Of a stretch of DNA of 64,000 bases, positions 58,694-64,000 are shown piece by piece. The DNA lies in contig JBBRNJ010000028.1 in the NCBI GenBank assembly GCA_038230375.1, positions 30,843 to 94,842 of the forward strand, written 5' to 3'. The position numbers were made by a program, and so were the translations under genes. The notes below the pieces were generated by a model. It was not told the origin of the DNA and made no database searches. It worked only from the letters and a program-made list of their open reading frames with translations. Positions within the stretch are counted from its first letter, which is position 1. The number at the start of each line of letters is the position of its first letter. This DNA is from Polyangiales bacterium. Lineage in GTDB: Bacteria; Myxococcota_A; Polyangia; Polyangiales; Polyangiaceae.

Positions 58694-61366
58694 ATGCCGC
58701 TCGCCCGAACCCCATCCGTCACCAGAAGATTTGCGGCCCGCGTGGTCGTCCTTCTCGGCGTGCTGGGGCTGATGCTCGTGGCGTTCTGCGCAACCGCACG
58801 CACCGCGCTCGCCGCTGGGCCAGACGGAGGCACACCCCTCACCGGCCCGGGTGCCGGCCCTGCGATGTCCGTGGATGCCGGAGCACCGCCACCGAGCGCA
58901 GACGGCGGCGCACCCCAGACGTCACCCCAGACGGGACCCGCCGACCCCGCGCTCCCCGAGATCCGCATTCCCCCTACGGAGGCCGAACGCGCCGAGGGCC
59001 AGCCCATCGTCCGCATCGACATCACGGGCGCGAAGCGCGTCGCGCGCGACGACATCCTGACCTACATGCGCGAGCACCCGAAGTCGATCTTCAAGGTCGA
59101 AGGCCTGTCGTCCGACGTGCGCGCGCTCTGGGACTCCGGCTTCTTCGACGACATCTCCGTGGACCTCTCCACGGTCGACGCGGGCGTGATTCTCCGCTTC
59201 ATCGTGCACGAGCGCCCGAACATCAAGGCGGTCGAGTTCGAGGGCAACGAGGAGATAGAGAACGACAAGCTCACCGAGGCCGTCGAGGTGAAGCCGAACA
59301 CGATCCTCAGCGTCCCGTCGATCCGCCGCAGCGTCCAGAAGATCAAGGATGCCTACGCGGAGAAGGGCTACTTCCTGGCCGACGTCGAGGCCAAGCAGGA
59401 GAACCAGCGCGACAACGAGGTGATCATCAAGTTCAAGATCACCGAGCACCAGCCCGTCACCGTCCGGCGGATCACGTTCATCGGGAACTACAGCGTGCCC
59501 GACAACGAGCTGCGCGACGGGATGCAGACCGGCCAGAGCTCGTTCTTCTCGTTCGGCTCCGGCGGCCCATACAAGCAGGACATCTTCGAGCGCGACGTGC
59601 TGCTCCTGAACGCCCTCTATTACGACAAGGGCTACATGAGCGTGCAGATCGGCACGCCTCGCGTGATGCTCACGCCGGACCGCGAAGGCATCGAGATCGC
59701 GCTCACGATCCACGAAGGTCCGCGCTTCAAGATCCGGAAGCTCCGCGTCTACGAGCGCGACGCCGACGGTCGCGAGGTGGAGCCGCTCGGCGGGCGACGC
59801 GCGCTCAGGCAGCTGATCCGCGCGCACTCGGGCGACTACTTCAACCGCGCGGAGCTCGTGAAGGATCTCACCTCCGTACGCACGCTCTACCGCGACGCGG
59901 GCTACGCGAACGTGGAGGCCGAGCCCGAGACCGAGCTCGACCCCGTGAAGCAAGAGGTCGACATCGTCATCCCGATCCGCCGCGGACCGCTGGTCCACGT
60001 CGAGCGCATCGAGGTGAAGGGCAACACGAAGACGCGCGACAAGGTCCTCCGCCGCGAGATGGAGATCGAGGAAGGCCAGCTCTTCTCCGAGACCAAGCTC
60101 GAACAGAGCAAGCGCCGCGTCACCGCGCTGGGCTATTTCGAGCGCGCCGACGTCTCCACCGAGCAAGGCTCAGCGCCCGACAAGATCAACATCAACTTCG
60201 AGGTGACGGAGCGCCCCACCGGAACGTTCCAGGTCGGTGCCGGCTTCTCGTCCGTCGAGAACTTCATCGCCACCGCGCAGGTGCAGCAGGCGAACCTGTT
60301 CGGCAACGGGCAGTCGCTGGCGTTGCAGGCGCAGGTCTCCGGTCTCCGGCAGCTGGTCTCGTTGCGCTTCTTCGAGCCGTATTTTCTCGACTCGGACTGG
60401 TCCGCCAGCACGGAGCTCTTCGACCAGCTCTACATCTTCCCGGACTTCTCGCGTCAGTCATACGGCGGGTCGCTCACGTTCGGCTACGCGCTCATTCAGC
60501 CGTGGCTGCGCCTCTCGCTCACGGGCACTGCTCAGTGGGACAAGGTCAACACGTCGCAGGTGAACACCTTCTTCGGCGCGACCACGTCGGGCTACTTCAG
60601 CGTGTTCTCGCGCTTGCCGCTCGCGAACCTGTTCAACGACGGCCGCACGCTCTCGCTGCGTCCCTCGCTCGTCTACGACACGCGCGACAACCGCCTCTTC
60701 CCGTCGTCCGGCATCTTCCTGCAGGGCTCCACGGAGCTCGCGAGCTCCGTGTACGGCAGCGAGATCGAGTTCATCCGTCACCGCTTCACCGGCCGCTTCT
60801 ACTACCCGCTCGGCGGACAGACGGGCCAGCCCGGCTCCGGCTTCGTGCTGAAGCTGAACACCGAGCTCGGCTACATCACGAGTCCCTCGAACCAGGGCGT
60901 GCCGATCTTCGCGCGTTTCTTCCTGGGCGGCATCCTGGACGTCCGCGGCTATCGCCTCCGTACGATCGGCCCGCGCCTGCCGCTGAACCAGTCGCTCGAC
61001 GTGAACGCACCGCCCATCGCGAATGGCGCGAACATCGGCGGTAACTTGCAGGGCTACTCGAACCTGGAGTTCGAGTTCCCCATCATCGACAAGGTCGGCA
61101 TCCGCGGCGTCGTGTTCTACGACATGGGCAACGCCTGGAACACCGAGGACCAGTTCTGCAAGACCACGCCGGCGCCGCAGTTCGCAAAGGTGGTGCGGCC
61201 CTGCTTCGACATATCGAGCCTCACGTACCTGCGCACCAGCACGGGCTTCGGCATCCGCTGGTTCTCGCCGCTCGGTCCGCTGCGCTTCGAGTGGGGCTTC
61301 CCGCTCGCGCCGCTCCCGTACGAGGAGAGCTACGTGTTCGAGTTCACCATCGGCAACTTCTTCTGA
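58694..61366 (+). CDS. bamA: Outer-membrane protein assembly factor BamA
   Basis: POTRA repeats, GNTKTRDKVLRRE, LGYF, VRGY, GIRWFSPLGPLRFEWG, terminal FTIGNFF. Confidence 0.96.
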   Translation: MPLARTPSVTRRFAARVVVLLGVLGLMLVAFCATARTALAAGPDGGTPLTGPGAGPAMSVDAGAPPPSADGGAPQTSPQTGPADPALPEIRIPPTEAERAEGQPIVRIDITGAKRVARDDILTYMREHPKSIFKVEGLSSDVRALWDSGFFDDISVDLSTVDAGVILRFIVHERPNIKAVEFEGNEEIENDKLTEAVEVKPNTILSVPSIRRSVQKIKDAYAEKGYFLADVEAKQENQRDNEVIIKFKITEHQPVTVRRITFIGNYSVPDNELRDGMQTGQSSFFSFGSGGPYKQDIFERDVLLLNALYYDKGYMSVQIGTPRVMLTPDREGIEIALTIHEGPRFKIRKLRVYERDADGREVEPLGGRRALRQLIRAHSGDYFNRAELVKDLTSVRTLYRDAGYANVEAEPETELDPVKQEVDIVIPIRRGPLVHVERIEVKGNTKTRDKVLRREMEIEEGQLFSETKLEQSKRRVTALGYFERADVSTEQGSAPDKININFEVTERPTGTFQVGAGFSSVENFIATAQVQQANLFGNGQSLALQAQVSGLRQLVSLRFFEPYFLDSDWSASTELFDQLYIFPDFSRQSYGGSLTFGYALIQPWLRLSLTGTAQWDKVNTSQVNTFFGATTSGYFSVFSRLPLANLFNDGRTLSLRPSLVYDTRDNRLFPSSGIFLQGSTELASSVYGSEIEFIRHRFTGRFYYPLGGQTGQPGSGFVLKLNTELGYITSPSNQGVPIFARFFLGGILDVRGYRLRTIGPRLPLNQSLDVNAPPIANGANIGGNLQGYSNLEFEFPIIDKVGIRGVVFYDMGNAWNTEDQFCKTTPAPQFAKVVRPCFDISSLTYLRTSTGFGIRWFSPLGPLRFEWGFPLAPLPYEESYVFEFTIGNFF

Positions 61367-61400
61367 GGTCCGCCGCGTGATCTCTCAGGGGCGGCTGTGC

Positions 61401-62132
61401 GTGAGAGCGTCGACCTCGGCCGCCCTGATCGGCCTCGTAATGCTCGCGGTCGCCTGCACCCGCGCAACCGCGGACCCATCCGTCACGCCCATGGCGACGG
61501 CGAGCACGAGATCATCCGCGGCTTCCGCTTCCGTCACGCTCGCGGACGCCGCCGCTCCAGCGTTCGTGGCATGGACGGATGACGCCGCGACAGCCCAGAT
61601 CGTGAAGGACTGCCACGCAAAGGCCCCGAACCGCGGGCCCCTGCAGCCGGGAGAACATGACCCTCTTCTCTGCCAGCTTCCGTGGCGGCAGTCGTGCTCC
61701 TACAACCCATGCCGCCAGAAGGGTGATGAATGCCGCAGCGCGTGCGGGAGCACGTGCCGTGCTTGCGACGACTCCTGTGGGAGCACCTGCGACAGCTGCC
61801 GGAGCGCATGCAAGGACGACGCGTGTCGCGCCGATTGCGCGAAGAAGACGGGCGTCTGCAAGCAATCGTGCCTGACAGCCATCGACCGTTGCGGCTCCGC
61901 CGAATGCACCGCCGCGGGCAGCACCTGCTGGGAGGAGGAGAAGCAGAAGTGGAAGTCACACGGCTGCTCATGCGCCAAGATCCGGCCGTGCACCCAGAAG
62001 TGCGTCGATGCCGCCGGGAAGTGCGCGGGGGAGGAGGACTGCTTTGGCAAGTGCAAGAGCGCATGCGCTGCCAGGTTTCCCGGCTGCGACGTCCTGTACT
62101 GCATCATGGGCAACGAGCCGAGCGGCGATTGA
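61401..62132 (+). CDS. Cysteine-rich lipoprotein (~30 Cys)
   Basis: Lipobox AVAC and periodic Cx3C/Cx2C; start GTG 61401 or 61377. Confidence 0.72.
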   Translation: MRASTSAALIGLVMLAVACTRATADPSVTPMATASTRSSAASASVTLADAAAPAFVAWTDDAATAQIVKDCHAKAPNRGPLQPGEHDPLLCQLPWRQSCSYNPCRQKGDECRSACGSTCRACDDSCGSTCDSCRSACKDDACRADCAKKTGVCKQSCLTAIDRCGSAECTAAGSTCWEEEKQKWKSHGCSCAKIRPCTQKCVDAAGKCAGEEDCFGKCKSACAARFPGCDVLYCIMGNEPSGD

Positions 62133-63079
62133 AGAGCGCACGCAGACTCCTGATCGCGGTTGGAGCGGGCATCGCCGTCTCCGTTGCGGCGTGCGCGCAG
62201 CCCACGCCCGAGAGCACACGAGCCACCGCCAACCCGGAGCAACGGCCCCGACCACGTGGCGCACAGCCGCGTCAAGCGCTGGCCGTGGCCAGCTTGCCCG
62301 CCGGCGACTTCACGCAAGGCCGCGACGACGGCGAACGAAACGACGAGCGTCCCGCACACCTGGTCCACGTCGCGGCGTTTTCGATCGAGCGCACGCTCGT
62401 CACGCGCGAGGCCTTCGCTCGCTTCGTGGAGCAGACGGGCTACGTGACCACGGCGGACCGTCTCGGCTTCGGGATGGCGTCTCGCGAGGGCATGGACGAC
62501 TGGGCGTGGGAGCGCGTGCCGCACGCATCCTTCCGCGCGCCGTTCATTGCCGACACGCCCGGCTCGGAGGCGTTCCTGGCGGTATCCGCGCCCGCCGTCA
62601 TGGTGAGCCACGAGGATGCAGTTGCATACTGCACGCATCTTGGAATGCGCCTGCCTACCGAGAGCGAATGGGAGTACGCGATGCGCGGCGGGTCCACGGG
62701 CACGCGCTATCCGTGGGGGCCGTCACCGCTGCGCGAGGGCAAGCTGGGGCTCAACTACTGGCAAGGCGAGTCACACCACAAGAACGACCTGGAGGACGGC
62801 TTCCTCTACGTCTCGCCGGTGCGCGCCTTCCCGCCGAATGCATGGGGCCTCTACGACCCCGTTGGCAACGTGTGGCAGTGGACCGCAGACGTCTACGATC
62901 CGCTCGCGTATGCAAAGACACATGCGGGAGTGAACCAAACGGCCGGTGGACAGCGTGTCCTGCGCGGAGGCTCCTGGTGGTGCGGCGCCTGCACCTGCGA
63001 GGGCAACGGGCTCTTCTACAGAGGCCACGCGGAGCCGAAGGCCGTCTTCAACAACAACGGCTTCCGCTGCGCAAACTAG
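62129..63079 (+). CDS. Formylglycine-generating enzyme (SUMF1) family lipoprotein
   Basis: DERPAH, FVEQTGYVT, RLPTESEWEYA.RGG, FPPNAWGLYD..GNVWQW, RGGSWWC, GFRC; TTG start overlaps the upstream stop. Confidence 0.88.
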   Translation: MKSARRLLIAVGAGIAVSVAACAQPTPESTRATANPEQRPRPRGAQPRQALAVASLPAGDFTQGRDDGERNDERPAHLVHVAAFSIERTLVTREAFARFVEQTGYVTTADRLGFGMASREGMDDWAWERVPHASFRAPFIADTPGSEAFLAVSAPAVMVSHEDAVAYCTHLGMRLPTESEWEYAMRGGSTGTRYPWGPSPLREGKLGLNYWQGESHHKNDLEDGFLYVSPVRAFPPNAWGLYDPVGNVWQWTADVYDPLAYAKTHAGVNQTAGGQRVLRGGSWWCGACTCEGNGLFYRGHAEPKAVFNNNGFRCAN

Positions 63080-63112
63080 GCGCCCGAGCGTCGAAGTCGA
63101 AGTCGACGCCGG

Positions 63113-63658
63113 CTACCTCCTGCACGCCACGGCGATCGCCGCACGGTCTTCGACGTCCGCTGGCAGCTCCGCCACCGCGCAGCCTTGTGTGCAGGTTGCA
63201 AGCAATCGCAATGGGCGTTCGCAGCGCACGAGGACGCCGTGGTGACACACGATGCCGAGCTCCTCGTCGCACGGAGCGCCCTCTGGAATCGCGCCGCCCA
63301 GGACCGCCGCCGGTGGCCCCGCGCAGAGCTGCGTCGGTCCAGCATCTGCCGTGAAGGCGAGCTCGAGATCGTCCTTCGCGCAGCCCTGCGCGCACTCCCC
63401 TACCGGCGTCCAGGGGCACGCGCATTGCTCGGCCGGGCCCATGCACGACTCCGGCACGAAGTCGCCGAGTGAGCGCGAGAGCGTCCCGTGCTGGCAACGC
63501 GTGAGGTCGGGGGCGCAGTCCTGACCTCGCGCGATCGGTGTCGGTGCGCTCGTGGTCGGCACCACGCCGTTGTCGCGCGCGACCTTCATGAGGCAGCCGC
63601 GCTCGCACGCAGGAAGGGCAGCGAGGAACAGCGCGGCGCAGGCGATTCGATTCCGCAC
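63113..63658 (-). CDS. Small Cys-rich lipoprotein
   Basis: Lipobox LPAC and a duplicated C..GC motif (ECAQGCA, TCTQGCA). Confidence 0.7.
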   Translation of the reverse strand: MRNRIACAALFLAALPACERGCLMKVARDNGVVPTTSAPTPIARGQDCAPDLTRCQHGTLSRSLGDFVPESCMGPAEQCACPWTPVGECAQGCAKDDLELAFTADAGPTQLCAGPPAAVLGGAIPEGAPCDEELGIVCHHGVLVRCERPLRLLATCTQGCAVAELPADVEDRAAIAVACRR

Positions 63659-63800
63659 GGCCCCAGTCTACCATCGGCCTCTCCGCGCCTGGCCGCAGGC
63701 GGATGCGTGCGGGGGCGCGTTTCATGGAGAGGACCCGGCAGAGGGCTCGGCCTCTGCCTCTCTTCGCTGTGGGGTTGCTTCGACCTGGGTCGGCGATCCG

Positions 63801-64000
63801 TCAGCTCTCGACGAAGGGCTTCAGCTGCTTCGAACGCGACGGGTGACGCAGCTTGCGCAGCGCCTTCGCCTCGATCTGACGGATACGCTCGCGCGTGACC
63901 TCGAAGTCCTGACCGACCTCTTCGAGCGTGTGATCGCTCTTCTCGCCGATGCCGAAGCGCATGCGGAGGACCTTCTCCTCGCGCGGCGTGAGGGTCTTCA
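63801..64000 (-). CDS. rpoD: Primary sigma factor, C-terminal region 4 (partial)
   Basis: Manual translation: [65 protein letters not shown]. Confidence 0.95.
   Translation of the reverse strand, partial: KTLTPREEKVLRMRFGIGEKSDHTLEEVGQDFEVTRERIRQIEAKALRKLRHPSRSKQLKPFVES

Noticed and set aside
63737..63758. GGCAGAGG/CCTCTGCC hairpin downstream of rpoD as a terminator
   Set aside because: The 8-bp stem is real but there is no U-tract on the rpoD strand, so support is insufficient

Overview
GC-rich bacterial chromosomal window whose gene content (several Ser/Thr kinases, PEGA/TPR and FG-GAP proteins, Cys-rich lipoproteins, a CdbA-like protein) points to a myxobacterium, probably Polyangiaceae-like; this is an inference. 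Most of it is core genome: nuoA-D and nuoG-I, purA, hisZ, xerC, rluB-like, lepA, bamA, the 3' end of rpoD, an M16 peptidase pair and a biotin carboxylase. I found no rRNA, tRNA, CRISPR array, prophage or autonomous transposon. The most notable items are: (1) a >1165-aa protein missing from the ORF track, with an effector-associated-domain-like N-terminus, a kinase and a long TPR array; (2) a complex I cluster in which nuoE/F are replaced by an orphan gene and a stack of palindromic elements, one being a 146-bp MITE-like element whose end is the nuoD stop codon; (3) two divergent type IV pilin genes with back-to-back sigma54 promoters around shared enhancer-like repeats; (4) an archaeal-type topoisomerase VI operon whose B subunit has a histone-H1-like tail, next to a Spinster-like MFS transporter; (5) a ~30-Cys lipoprotein coupled to an exported FGE-family protein. 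All family assignments come from motif recognition by eye; no database searches were run.
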